Of a DNA stretch of 64,000 bases, positions 35,240 through 47,430 are shown piece after piece. Source of the stretch: an uncultured Actinomycetes bacterium (lineage in GTDB: Bacteria > Actinomycetota > Actinomycetes > Nanopelagicales > Nanopelagicaceae); contig CAILJM010000039.1 in NCBI GenBank assembly GCA_903834515.1, positions 10,600 to 74,599 on the forward strand. The letters run 5' to 3'. Made by a program: the position numbers and the translations under genes. The notes under the pieces were generated by a model, which saw only the letters and a list, made by a program, of their open reading frames with translations, made no database searches and was not told the origin of the DNA. Each line of letters begins with the position of its first letter. Position 1 is the first letter of the stretch.

Positions 35240-35449
35240 GAGCAATTGCTCCTTCTCCGGGCAGGTACGTGCCCGACGGTCCGTTGGATGAAGGTCGAGG
35301 GGTGCCCCTCGAGTAGCCAAACTCTAGGCGGGAAAGGGGAGAATCGTCCATAGATTCGCCGCAGATTCCACGTGGTTTTGGAGAGCTCGCGGAGCCCCAG
35401 GCGGGGGATGCCGAGTTGAGCGGCCCAGCCGGTTGGACTAGATTTGGCT

Positions 35450-37172
<1,723 letters not shown>

Positions 37173-37192
37173 GCAAAGTTCTACCGTTATCG

Positions 37193-37222
37193 AAAAGCCC
37201 CTGAGAAATCAGGGGCTTTTTC
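37193..37222 (+). terminator. intrinsic terminator after groEL2
   Basis: GCCCCTGA (37197-37204) pairs with TCAGGGGC (37209-37216), with a GAAA loop and then TTTTT. Confidence 0.85.
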
Positions 37223-37241
37223 CTTGCAGTAAGGTTCTCTC

Positions 37242-37919
37242 ATGACAACGAATGCAGATCTCTTTGGGGCAGCCGAGCAAGCGCGCGCCGCTGCCGTAGA
37301 GGATGCCAACAATGCGCTCTTTGTCGGAGATATTTATTCGATCGATACAGATGATCGAATCGCGACCTACCTCTTCGATGCTGCGCTCCCGGGTTATCAC
37401 GGTTGGCGATGGGCAGTTACCGTTGCAAAGGTAGATGATGAATCTCCTACAACCATTTGTGATGTGGTCTTGCTTCCAGGTACTGACTCTCTCATTGCCC
37501 CTGAGTGGATTCCATACAAGGATCGCATCCAGCCTGGCGATGTTGGAGTTGGCGACATCATCCCAACCTCTGCAGATGATCCTCGTCTGGTCCCTGGATT
37601 TGCATCGTTGCCTGATGATGAAGAACTTGACCCTGCACAACTCTTTGAATTTGGCTTAGGTCGCGCACGCGTACTCTCGATAGTCGGTCGTGATGCCGCG
37701 AGTAAGCGGTGGTACGAAGGTGATCGCGGTCCACATACGCCTATCGCTCAATATGCTCCCAAGCCATGCTCTGGCTGCGCCTTCTTCTTGCCAATCGCTG
37801 GCTCGCTCAGATCTGCCTTTGGCGTATGCGCAAATGCCCTCTCGCCCGAGGATGCACGCGTAGTTTCAGTCGATCACGGCTGTGGAGCGCACTCTGAGGC
37901 GCTCGTCGTCACCGAATAA
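37242..37919 (+). CDS. DUF3027-family protein
   Basis: 225 aa. It has the C-terminal Cys cluster CSGCAFFLP...GVCAN...DHGCGAHSE typical of the actinobacterial family usually found next to a csp gene. Confidence 0.65.
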   Translation: MTTNADLFGAAEQARAAAVEDANNALFVGDIYSIDTDDRIATYLFDAALPGYHGWRWAVTVAKVDDESPTTICDVVLLPGTDSLIAPEWIPYKDRIQPGDVGVGDIIPTSADDPRLVPGFASLPDDEELDPAQLFEFGLGRARVLSIVGRDAASKRWYEGDRGPHTPIAQYAPKPCSGCAFFLPIAGSLRSAFGVCANALSPEDARVVSVDHGCGAHSEALVVTE

Positions 37920-37968
37920 TCAGTTAAACTAACCCTCTTGCTGTAAAAAAGATTGAAAGGAGTAGCCC

Positions 37969-38352
37969 ATGCCTATTGGCCGCGTTAAATGGTTTAGCCT
38001 CGAAAAGGGTTTTGGATTTATCTCCAATGAAGAGGGGGAGGATGTCTACTTGGCATCTGATGCTCTTCCAGCCGGTATCTCCTCGGTGAAGCCAGGTACA
38101 AAGCTTGAGTTTGGCGTTGCCGAAGGTCGCAAAGGACCACAAGCGCTCTCAGTTCGAATTATTGATGAGCCAGCTTCGGTTGTAGCGAACACTCGTATCA
38201 AGGCTGATGATCTTGCAACAATTATCGAAGATACGATCAAGATGTTAGACAAGGTGGGCAACGGTCTTCGCCATGGCCGCTATCCAGCGGGACAAGATGC
38301 AGAACGTCTCTCCAAAGTTCTCAAAGGTATCGCTGCGCAGATTGAAGGCTAA
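37969..38352 (+). CDS. cold-shock domain protein with a C-terminal extension
   Basis: 127 aa. The N-terminal CSD is GRVKWFSLEKGFGFI (RNP1-like), followed by about 60 extra residues. Confidence 0.85.
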   Translation: MPIGRVKWFSLEKGFGFISNEEGEDVYLASDALPAGISSVKPGTKLEFGVAEGRKGPQALSVRIIDEPASVVANTRIKADDLATIIEDTIKMLDKVGNGLRHGRYPAGQDAERLSKVLKGIAAQIEG

Positions 38353-38370
38353 CGCCTTCTCGAAGCAAGA

Positions 38371-38553
38371 TTACTGAGATTTCTTCTCGCGGCGAAGGCG
38401 ACGGATCGAATATCTCAACCCAATAAAGCCTAAGAGCGCTCCACTAATGCAGATCCAGATCTGATTCGCTGGGGCGCTTCTTGCTATCTCAACCACGAGC
38501 GCCACAACCCACAGTGAGATCCCAGTTATCAGGACGGTGACGGTCTGCTTCAT
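38371..38553 (-). CDS. small two-TM membrane protein (DUF2530-like)
   Basis: 60 aa from the internal ATG, with two hydrophobic helices and a basic tail RRLRREKK. The longer ORF version (to 38658) would overlap the divergent MFS gene. Confidence 0.4.
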   Translation of the reverse strand: MKQTVTVLITGISLWVVALVVEIARSAPANQIWICISGALLGFIGLRYSIRRLRREKKSQ

Positions 38554-38605
38554 AGTTCTATCGTACCCACGAGTTGATTCATAAAGACTCTTATAGACTC
38601 GCGAT

Positions 38606-39874
38606 GTGGCGCTGAAAATAAAAGAGACTGGTTCCCTCAGATCTTTTCGCCATCGCAATTTTCGATTGCTCTTCTTCTCTAATCTGATTTCAAATATTGG
38701 GTCATGGGCTCAACGAATTGCCCAAGATTGGCTCGTTTTAGAACTTACACATAGCGGTCGAGATTTGGGTCTTGTCACGGGACTCCAATTTCTCCCATCA
38801 CTCATCTTCTCGATGTATGCCGGATCTCTGGCAGACCGTATGAGTAAGCGTAAGCTCCTGCTTATTACAAATATTGGAGGAGGGCTCACCTCACTGATTC
38901 TTGGACTCCTCGTTATTACTCATAACGTTCATATTTGGCAGGTGTTCATTCTCGCCTTCTTCCTCGGACTCTTTGGTGCCCTCGATGCCCCAGTTCGCCA
39001 ATCCTTCACCGCCGAGATGGTCGGCAAGAGCGACTTAGCGAATGCGGTGAGCCTTAACTCGGCCAACTTCAACGCTGGGCGATTGATTGGTCCTGGCGTC
39101 TCTGGTCTGCTGATTGCAGCCTTTCATACCGGTCCATCCTTTCTTCTCAATGCAGCCTCCTATATTTTCGTGATCGGCTCACTCCTTGCGATTCGAGAGT
39201 CGGATCTATTCATCGAAGACAGGCCAAAGAGCCTTGCGAAGGCGAGCGAAGCCCTTCGCTATGTACGGGCCAGGCCAGATATCTTGGCTGTGATGCTGAC
39301 CGTCTTCTTTGCAGGAACTTTTGGTCTTAATTTTCAGATCTATAACGCACTTATGGCGACTCAGATATTCCATAAGGGACCTGCGACATATGGATTCCTA
39401 GGCACGATTATCGCGATCGGCTCACTGAGCGCGGCCCTACTGTCGGCAAAACTTGATACACGTCGTGGCGTGAGATTTATTCTTCGCTTCGCCGGAATAT
39501 TCGGAACCGTGTTAGTGATTGCCTCAGCTGCTCCAAATTACATTCTTTATGCGATTGCACTACCAGTCGTTGGGATGATCGCACTCACAACAATGATTTC
39601 GGCAAATTCTTATGTACAGGGACATACCGACCCCGCTATTCGTGGACGAGTGATGGGAATCTATCTCATGGTCTTTATGGGGGGAACGCCATTTGGATCG
39701 CCATTGATTGGGTGGCTATGTACCCAAATTGGGGTTCGAGAGAGTATTGCGCTCTGTGGTGCGATCACAGGGATTGCACCACTCATTATCTTTTTATTTA
39801 TGAGAGACCGGTTAATTGCGCCAGCGAGCGTTAAAGTAGAAGATGTTCTAATGCCTATTTACGAGGACAAGTAA
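38606..39874 (+). CDS. MFS transporter
   Basis: 422 aa with a GTG start and about 12 TM segments. The N-terminus FRLLFFSNLISNIGSW is typical of the MFS_3/EntS-like group. Confidence 0.8.
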   Translation: MALKIKETGSLRSFRHRNFRLLFFSNLISNIGSWAQRIAQDWLVLELTHSGRDLGLVTGLQFLPSLIFSMYAGSLADRMSKRKLLLITNIGGGLTSLILGLLVITHNVHIWQVFILAFFLGLFGALDAPVRQSFTAEMVGKSDLANAVSLNSANFNAGRLIGPGVSGLLIAAFHTGPSFLLNAASYIFVIGSLLAIRESDLFIEDRPKSLAKASEALRYVRARPDILAVMLTVFFAGTFGLNFQIYNALMATQIFHKGPATYGFLGTIIAIGSLSAALLSAKLDTRRGVRFILRFAGIFGTVLVIASAAPNYILYAIALPVVGMIALTTMISANSYVQGHTDPAIRGRVMGIYLMVFMGGTPFGSPLIGWLCTQIGVRESIALCGAITGIAPLIIFLFMRDRLIAPASVKVEDVLMPIYEDK

Positions 39875-39927
39875 AAAAACTCCGACTAATACCCCAAGCG
39901 TCACCACTCGACGAACTTTGTAGCTCA

Positions 39928-41061
<1,134 letters not shown>

Positions 41062-41065
41062 TCAA

Positions 41066-41767
41066 TTATGGATAAAGACGCTGTATCGACCAACCGCCAT
41101 TGGTTGCGTTGTAGCGAGCCCGATCGTGTAACCGGGAATATCGCCCCTGCCAGAGTTCAATCGTAGTTGGTTGAACGAGGTAGCCGCCCCAATGAGGTGG
41201 GCGAGGAACGAGATTGCCTTCCGGATATTTTTCCGAGAATTCGGCATATCTCGCCTCAAGGTCATCGCGATGAGACAACTCTCGAGATTGTGAAGATGCC
41301 CAGGCCCCGATCTGGCTTCCCCATGGGCGGCTCGCAAAATATTCGTCGCTCTCGGCATCTGAAACTTTATAGGCGTGACCCTTCACAATCACTTGGCGTT
41401 CCATTGGGTACCAAGGAAAGAGCAGGGATACCTGCGAATGAGTTGCAATTTCCTGAGCCTTCTGTGATTCGTAATTGGTGAAGAAGGTGAAGCCAGCGTT
41501 CGTGACATCCTTAAGTAGGACTGTTCGCGACGAGATCTCCTCGTCACGCGATGTTGAGAGCACCATCGCATTGGCCTCAACGACCATGGGGTTGGCTGAC
41601 GCCTCAGCGAGCCATTGGCTGAACTGGGCGATGGGGTCAGGGTTCAGGTCTACCAACCCAACTTCGCCATACGATCGCCGCATTTGGCGAATGGCGCTAC
41701 GAATATCTTCAGGGGAGGAATCTCGGCCATTTATGCCATTAACGCTCATAGGTGTATCTAACTTCAC
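41066..41767 (-). CDS. pdxH: pyridoxamine 5'-phosphate oxidase
   Basis: Motifs are RTVLLK, FFTNY.S.K and IELWQGR..RLHDR, ending in RLYP. The start could be the internal ATG at 41752. Confidence 0.88.
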   Translation of the reverse strand: MKLDTPMSVNGINGRDSSPEDIRSAIRQMRRSYGEVGLVDLNPDPIAQFSQWLAEASANPMVVEANAMVLSTSRDEEISSRTVLLKDVTNAGFTFFTNYESQKAQEIATHSQVSLLFPWYPMERQVIVKGHAYKVSDAESDEYFASRPWGSQIGAWASSQSRELSHRDDLEARYAEFSEKYPEGNLVPRPPHWGGYLVQPTTIELWQGRYSRLHDRARYNATNGGWSIQRLYP

Positions 41768-41863
41768 TTTCCTGATGGGGGCTACCGGTGGGATTTCGCT
41801 TGCATCGGTGGGGGCAGAGTGCCAACCTAGTCTCAGGGAGTCCGATTACGGACCCGCAGAAAA

Positions 41864-42994
41864 ATGGAGAGAAGCCAGATGTCAGAGGATTTCAAGCCAG
41901 GACTAGAGGGCGTTATTGCTTTTGAATCTACGATCGCAGAGCCAGATAAAGAAGGTAGCGCGCTTCGCTACCGTGGCGTCGATATCGAGGATTTGGTTGG
42001 CCGCGTAAGTTTTGGAAATGTCTGGGGATTGCTCGTTGATGATGCATTCAACCCTGGACTACCTCCTGCAGAGCCATTCCCGCTCCCTGTTCACTCTGGT
42101 GATATCCGCGTAGATGTGCAATCTGCGATTGCGATGCTCGCACCTGCTTGGGGATTTAAGCCATTGCTTGATATCTCTGATGAGGAAGCTCGAAGCAATC
42201 TTGCTCGCGCCTCGGTCATGGTTCTCTCGTATGTGGCTCAATCTGCACGAGGACAGATTCTTCCTCCAGTTCCACAATCAGAAGTTGATAAGGCGCACAC
42301 CGTTGTTGAGCGCATGATGATTCGTTGGCGCGGAGAGCCAGATCCACTTCACGTTCGTGCAATCGATGCGTACTTCTCATCAGCGGCAGAACACGGCATG
42401 AACGCATCGACCTTTACTGCTCGCGTGATCGCTTCAACAGGAGCAGATGTTGCCGCTGCACTTTCAGGCGCAATCGGTGCGATGTCTGGCCCACTCCATG
42501 GTGGTGCACCATCTCGTGTTCTTGGCATGATCGAAGATGTTGAGAAGAGTGGTGATGCTCGTGCATATGTGAAGGGCATCATGGATCGTGGCGAACGCCT
42601 CATGGGATTTGGTCACCGTGTTTATCGCGCTGAAGACCCACGCGCTCGCACACTTCGCCGAACCGCTAAAGAACTCGGAGCTCCTCGTTATGAAGTTGCG
42701 GTTGCGCTGGAACAAGCTGCGCTCGCTGAATTGCATGAACGCCATCCAGAGCGCGTTCTAGAGACAAACGTTGAATTCTGGGCAGCAATTGTTCTTGATT
42801 TCGCACAAGTGCCTGGACCAATGTTCACATCGATGTTCACGGCTGCACGTACCGCTGGCTGGTCTGCACATATCCTCGAGCAGAAGAGAACTGGCCGACT
42901 AGTTCGTCCATCCGCCCGTTACATCGGGCACGGTCCTCGCAAGCCAGATTCTGTAACTGGCTGGGACGATACGGTAGAGCAGCTCCACTCTTAA
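41864..42994 (+). CDS. citA: citrate synthase family protein (type II / CitA-like)
   Basis: 376 aa with GPLHGGA and GFGHRVY. The alternative start is ATG 41879. Confidence 0.85.
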   Translation: MERSQMSEDFKPGLEGVIAFESTIAEPDKEGSALRYRGVDIEDLVGRVSFGNVWGLLVDDAFNPGLPPAEPFPLPVHSGDIRVDVQSAIAMLAPAWGFKPLLDISDEEARSNLARASVMVLSYVAQSARGQILPPVPQSEVDKAHTVVERMMIRWRGEPDPLHVRAIDAYFSSAAEHGMNASTFTARVIASTGADVAAALSGAIGAMSGPLHGGAPSRVLGMIEDVEKSGDARAYVKGIMDRGERLMGFGHRVYRAEDPRARTLRRTAKELGAPRYEVAVALEQAALAELHERHPERVLETNVEFWAAIVLDFAQVPGPMFTSMFTAARTAGWSAHILEQKRTGRLVRPSARYIGHGPRKPDSVTGWDDTVEQLHS

Positions 42995-43030
42995 ATCTCG
43001 TAAACCATTATTTGATGAGAGGATTGACGG

Positions 43031-44389
43031 ATGGCCCGCTCAATCCTCTGGTTTCGTCGAGATCTTCGAATCTCTGATCATCCTGCCCTCAACGCTGCAA
43101 TCGCTTCGGGGGATGAGATCGTGCCGGTCTTCATACTTGATCCCTCTCTGATTAAATCTGCCGGAAATAAGCGCTTGGCCTACATGGCTCAATCCCTGCG
43201 CGCACTCGATGCATCATTGGGGAAGAGACTTCACGTGATGGTGGGCGATCAAGTGGGAGTCCTCCAAGATTTGATGAAGCGTTATAACGCAAATGATGTT
43301 CACATCTCAGAGGAGTTCGAGCCATACGGCGTTGCACGAGATAACCGCGTTGAAGCGGCCGGTGTTACCTTGGTCAGGACCGGGAGCCCATATGCAGTGG
43401 CACCAGGGCGCGTTCGTAAACCAAGTGATGGAACTCCCTACAAGGTCTACACGCCTTTCTATAAAGGGTGGTTGGCTCATGGTTGGCCAGATCCAGCATT
43501 GACTCCGAAGGAGGTCCCAGCAGTTACCCCAAAGGATACAGATCGTTCTTTCCCAACGTGGTCGATGCCAGAGGGTGCGGTTGTAACGCCAGCGGGTGAA
43601 GAAGCGGCATTTGAACGGTGGGCATGGTTTAAAGAGAACGCCCTTGATCGTTATGACGAGGCGCGAAACATGGCCGGTATTGATGGCACGAGCAAGTTAA
43701 GTGCTCATTTGAAGTGGGGAGAGATCCACCCGCGCACGCTCTTGGCAGAGTTAGGCCAAAGTAAAGCCCACGACACATACCGAAAAGAGTTAGCGTGGCG
43801 TGAGTTTTACGCCGATGTACTTCATCACAACCCTCATACTGAAAGTGATTACTACGCGCCACAATTTGCAGCGATGAGATATGACGAACCTGGCCAAAAA
43901 TTTGCTGCGTGGTGTGAAGGAAAAACCGGATATCCATTTGTGGATGCTGCGATGAGGCAGTTGGTTAAAGAGGGGTGGATGCACAATCGCACCCGAATGG
44001 TTGTCGCTTCCTTCTTAGTAAAAGACCTGCATCTTGAGTGGCAACTTGGAGCAGAATTTTTCAAGGAACATCTCGTTGATTATGACGTTGCATCTAACTC
44101 ACATGGATGGCAATGGACTGCAGGCTCTGGCACAGATGCCTCGCCGTACTACCGCGTCTTCAATCCGATAGAGCAAGGTAAGAGATTTGATGAGAATGGC
44201 GACTACATCAGGAAGTACATTCCAGAATTGGCCCACCTGGCTGCGCCAGATATCCATGAACCCTGGAATGTTTTAGATGGCTATTTGCATGACTACCCAG
44301 TCCAGATTGTTGATCATGCGAAAGAGCGAATCGAATCACTTGGTCGTTTAGATGAGATCAAAGCGCGAAAGCCAGAGAAGCCCGAATAG
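43031..44389 (+). CDS. phr: deoxyribodipyrimidine photolyase (class I CPD)
   Basis: 452 aa starting LWFRRDLRISDHPAL. The FAD-binding region has WREF, GWMHNR.RM and WQW..G.G.DA.PYYR.FNP. Confidence 0.9.
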   Translation: MARSILWFRRDLRISDHPALNAAIASGDEIVPVFILDPSLIKSAGNKRLAYMAQSLRALDASLGKRLHVMVGDQVGVLQDLMKRYNANDVHISEEFEPYGVARDNRVEAAGVTLVRTGSPYAVAPGRVRKPSDGTPYKVYTPFYKGWLAHGWPDPALTPKEVPAVTPKDTDRSFPTWSMPEGAVVTPAGEEAAFERWAWFKENALDRYDEARNMAGIDGTSKLSAHLKWGEIHPRTLLAELGQSKAHDTYRKELAWREFYADVLHHNPHTESDYYAPQFAAMRYDEPGQKFAAWCEGKTGYPFVDAAMRQLVKEGWMHNRTRMVVASFLVKDLHLEWQLGAEFFKEHLVDYDVASNSHGWQWTAGSGTDASPYYRVFNPIEQGKRFDENGDYIRKYIPELAHLAAPDIHEPWNVLDGYLHDYPVQIVDHAKERIESLGRLDEIKARKPEKPE

Positions 44390-44394
44390 TTCTA

Positions 44395-45780
44395 CTACTT
44401 CGCTCGCATGATCCCAATCCCGCTTCGCTTCGCCTCATACATCGCTGAATCGGCTCGCTTGAGAAGATCACCCTTCCCATCGCTCACAACCCGCCCAATA
44501 CTGACGCCAACTTCCGCATTGCCTGTCGGAAGTGAGATCGGGTAGCTCAGCGAAGCCTGCAGGGCTTGGGCGACCTCTAGCCCGTATCGCTCTTCGCCAT
44601 AAATAATGACGCCAAATTCATCTCCACCAAGCCTTGCCAAGAGCGCACCATGTGAGAGTGCTCGTGAAAATCGGTGCGAGACGAGTTTCAATAGTTGATC
44701 TCCGATGTCGTGACCGAGAGAGTCATTAACCTTCTTAAATCCATCAAGGTCTAACAACAAGAGCGTTCCATCTCTTCGTCCGAGGATTTCGATTTCAACG
44801 AGGAAGCGTCTTCTATTCGCTAACCCAGTCAGTTCATCAATCCGAGCTAGTTCACGATCGCTATCTGCGAGCCGTGCCTCACGAAGTGCGATTGACATAC
44901 GAAGAAATGCCAGCATGATCGTGATCAGCGCTGGGATGAGTGCAAAAGTTGGAAAGTAGTGGGGGCGAACAGCCGCAACTCCCAAAATTGTCGCACTTGC
45001 GATAAGTGCAATCGTGGCAGCAATCGATGTGAGGCGATCCGATAATTCGAAATCCCCACCCTTGTGCCAAAGTGCTTCGGCCATCACGAGCAGTCCAAGG
45101 ACCCAACCATCATCGACAAGGGATGCAAATGGGTAACCGGTTGTTGCGGATTTCCAGAGAAAGTAGAGATCGGTTGCCGCAAAGATCGCAATACCAAGGA
45201 GCATCACCAAAGACCTCGCGGATTTAACCTGCAAAATGACCGCAACTATTGCAACGGCAAGAAGCACACAATCGCCAATGGGATAAAGAATCGAAAGAAA
45301 TACCGTGAAGGCACTACCCGAGAAATGAATCATTGCGGGAGCGAGCAAGAGTGAGGCGATAAGACTCGATACTCCTAACGCAATTATCACAACATCGAGG
45401 AGTTCAAGCGCCCTTACTTTTCTCTTTGCAGTGAGGGCTCGAATCACGCCAAAGAGTGTGAGGGGATAGAAGAGCGCATAGGCGATATCGGTCGCGCTAC
45501 TCCATATTTGATAAGAGAAGAAGGAGTTCCATGAGGAGATGCAGGATCCAATCGCCCAACACCCAAATGCTGCCCCCAATGAAGTAGTGGCCAGGCGATC
45601 ATTGAAGAGCGGGGCGTAGTGAGCCGAAAGTGCTGCAGCCGCGGCAACCAAGTTAAAGAGCAAGAGATCAGAGAGGATCGTCGGCTGAGAAAAGGCTAGG
45701 CGAATTCCCAGATGAAGAAGGAGCAAACCAGCCGCGACAAGCCTCAAGGTGAGATATCTTCGTGCCGTGCCGATCGCCAC
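44395..45780 (-). CDS. membrane-bound diguanylate cyclase (GGDEF domain)
   Basis: 461 aa with about 9 N-terminal TM helices. These are followed by DELTGLANRR, DLDGFKKVND and RLGGDEFGV. No RxxD I-site lies 5 residues upstream of GGDEF. Confidence 0.85.
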   Translation of the reverse strand: MAIGTARRYLTLRLVAAGLLLLHLGIRLAFSQPTILSDLLLFNLVAAAAALSAHYAPLFNDRLATTSLGAAFGCWAIGSCISSWNSFFSYQIWSSATDIAYALFYPLTLFGVIRALTAKRKVRALELLDVVIIALGVSSLIASLLLAPAMIHFSGSAFTVFLSILYPIGDCVLLAVAIVAVILQVKSARSLVMLLGIAIFAATDLYFLWKSATTGYPFASLVDDGWVLGLLVMAEALWHKGGDFELSDRLTSIAATIALIASATILGVAAVRPHYFPTFALIPALITIMLAFLRMSIALREARLADSDRELARIDELTGLANRRRFLVEIEILGRRDGTLLLLDLDGFKKVNDSLGHDIGDQLLKLVSHRFSRALSHGALLARLGGDEFGVIIYGEERYGLEVAQALQASLSYPISLPTGNAEVGVSIGRVVSDGKGDLLKRADSAMYEAKRSGIGIMRAK

Positions 45781-45822
45781 ATAGCGAGGGTAGCCCAGAT
45801 GAGAGAGAGAAAAATAGAGCTT

Positions 45823-46251
45823 ATGGATAACAAGATCAGCCGCCGTGCACTCATCTGCGGAGCAATCGCCTTAGCAGTAGGGGTAACACCTGAGATTGCT
45901 CAAGCCGCCGTCCCTGCTCAAGGAATCACAAAGCGAAAAGATGGAAAGCTCGACCTCAATCTCGCCAAGAATCCGGCTTTGAAAAAAGTTGGGGGAGCGG
46001 TGACGATTGATCTCACCGACGGGACATCAGTCGCAATTGTCCGAACTGCCGCAGGCGTCGCTGGCCTTACTGTAATTAATTTAAGTTGTACTCATAACGG
46101 CGTGACTGTTATGCAAAATGGCAATCAATGGCTCTGCCCCGCCCATGGTTCTCAATTCACATTGGCTGGAAAAGTAGTTCAGGGCCCCGCTCGAACGGCA
46201 CTTTTTAAGTATCCGTCGACCGCGACCCTGAAGACGCTGACTATTGGTTAG
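45823..46251 (+). CDS. Tat-exported Rieske [2Fe-2S] domain protein
   Basis: The twin-arginine signal is SRRALICGAIALAVG...AQA. The Rieske ligands are CTHNG...CPAHGSQF. I moved the start from the 45712 ORF start to ATG 45823. Confidence 0.8.
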   Translation: MDNKISRRALICGAIALAVGVTPEIAQAAVPAQGITKRKDGKLDLNLAKNPALKKVGGAVTIDLTDGTSVAIVRTAAGVAGLTVINLSCTHNGVTVMQNGNQWLCPAHGSQFTLAGKVVQGPARTALFKYPSTATLKTLTIG

Positions 46252-46270
46252 TAAGTTTAATTAATAAGTA

Positions 46271-47134
46271 TTACAAACCAATCTTGCATGCTGATTTACG
46301 GACTGAGAGTGCCTGATCAGCAGCTGACTTGATTGTCTGTGCCTGAGTTGGTTGGTTAGCAATCGCTTGGTTGTAGCGAGTTGTCATTGAATCAACCTGA
46401 GCCTGAGCACTTGTGAGCTTATTCTGGAAGTTATTAGGGACCTTCTGAAGGTTCGCAATATCTTTATTTCCGCTATTTACTGCAGTGTCATAGCTTGCAT
46501 AAGCGCGAATCCAGTTTCCAAAGTTCTGCACACTGACATCAGGATTGCTTAGCGCACTTATTGGGCTATTTTCCCAGCCTGCAATTTGGGTAGCGGTGTA
46601 CTTCGCAGCAAGAATGACCTTGGTCGCGTCGCGTTGCTTGCCCGCGTTATCACGCTTTGCAGTTACTTCTGCGATATGGGTAGTGATCGCAGAAATTGCC
46701 GCATCGATACCAGTCACCTTGATAGGGACTGATGGCTTCACGGTGTGGTCATAGCCAACGATGTACTGCTTTGTCTTGGTCGCTGCAATCTCTTGATTGA
46801 GGACATCGATTGAATGCTTTGAAGCATCAATTGAGGCTTTAATAGCAGTGAGAGTAGAAGTCTGTGATGTTGTAAATCCGTCGTACTCACCCTTAGCTGT
46901 TGCATAGGCAGTTCCTGCCGAGATGCAATCGGCGGTGACCCAGGTAAGCCCTGCAGGTGTTCCAGCTGGGTTAGTTCCACAGGTGTACTTGGTGCTTCCA
47001 ACTGTCTTCTTCGCCTTCGCTGGGGCGCACTTGGTGCCCTGCTTGACGACCGCTGCATGGGCTGGGGTGATCCCCGAAAGCGCGAGCGCGGCAACTGCAA
47101 GAACAGGAGCCAACTTTCTGAAGTGCTTTGCCAT
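46271..47134 (-). CDS. secreted protein of unknown function
   Basis: 287 aa with a signal peptide (ITPAHA/AV). A Cys-containing N-terminal module (GTKCAPAKAKKTVGSTKYTCG...LTWV) is followed by long Ala/Thr/Gln-rich segments predicted to be helical. Confidence 0.6.
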   Translation of the reverse strand: MAKHFRKLAPVLAVAALALSGITPAHAAVVKQGTKCAPAKAKKTVGSTKYTCGTNPAGTPAGLTWVTADCISAGTAYATAKGEYDGFTTSQTSTLTAIKASIDASKHSIDVLNQEIAATKTKQYIVGYDHTVKPSVPIKVTGIDAAISAITTHIAEVTAKRDNAGKQRDATKVILAAKYTATQIAGWENSPISALSNPDVSVQNFGNWIRAYASYDTAVNSGNKDIANLQKVPNNFQNKLTSAQAQVDSMTTRYNQAIANQPTQAQTIKSAADQALSVRKSACKIGL

Positions 47135-47338
47135 CTTGTACTCCTCGTGATTCTGAGTGGTGACCGATCAACCGTGGATGCCCCAACGGCTATACGGGCG
47201 ATTCTAAGGGGATGGGACGTTTGAGAGGGCCATCTCCACGCGTAAATAGACGGGAATTGGCTGAGAATCGAGCCCGAAGTAGTCGGTTAAGGTTGGATTC
47301 TCACCGCCACGACCTTTTTGTATGGTTGGTGAGGACAG

Positions 47339-47411
47339 GTCCCAGTAGCTCAGTGGATAGAGCGACCGCCTCCTAAGCGGTAGGCCACGGGTTCAACTCC
47401 CGTCTGGGACA
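47339..47411 (+). tRNA. tRNA-Arg (anticodon CCT)
   Basis: The acceptor stem is GTCCCAG/CTGGGAC with discriminator A. The D-loop is AGCTCAGTGGATAGAGC, the anticodon loop is CT-CCT-AA, and the T-arm is GGGTTCAACTCCC. No CCA is encoded. Confidence 0.9.
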
Positions 47412-47430
47412 CAAACGTCTGGAGCAGTTT

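Noticed and set aside
46738-47100. A 120-aa minus-strand ORF inside the 287-aa secreted-protein gene.
   Set aside because: It is in an alternative frame of the same strand. The product is Arg/Gln/Leu-rich and has no signal peptide. The longer frame, with a clean signal peptide and Shine-Dalgarno, is preferred.
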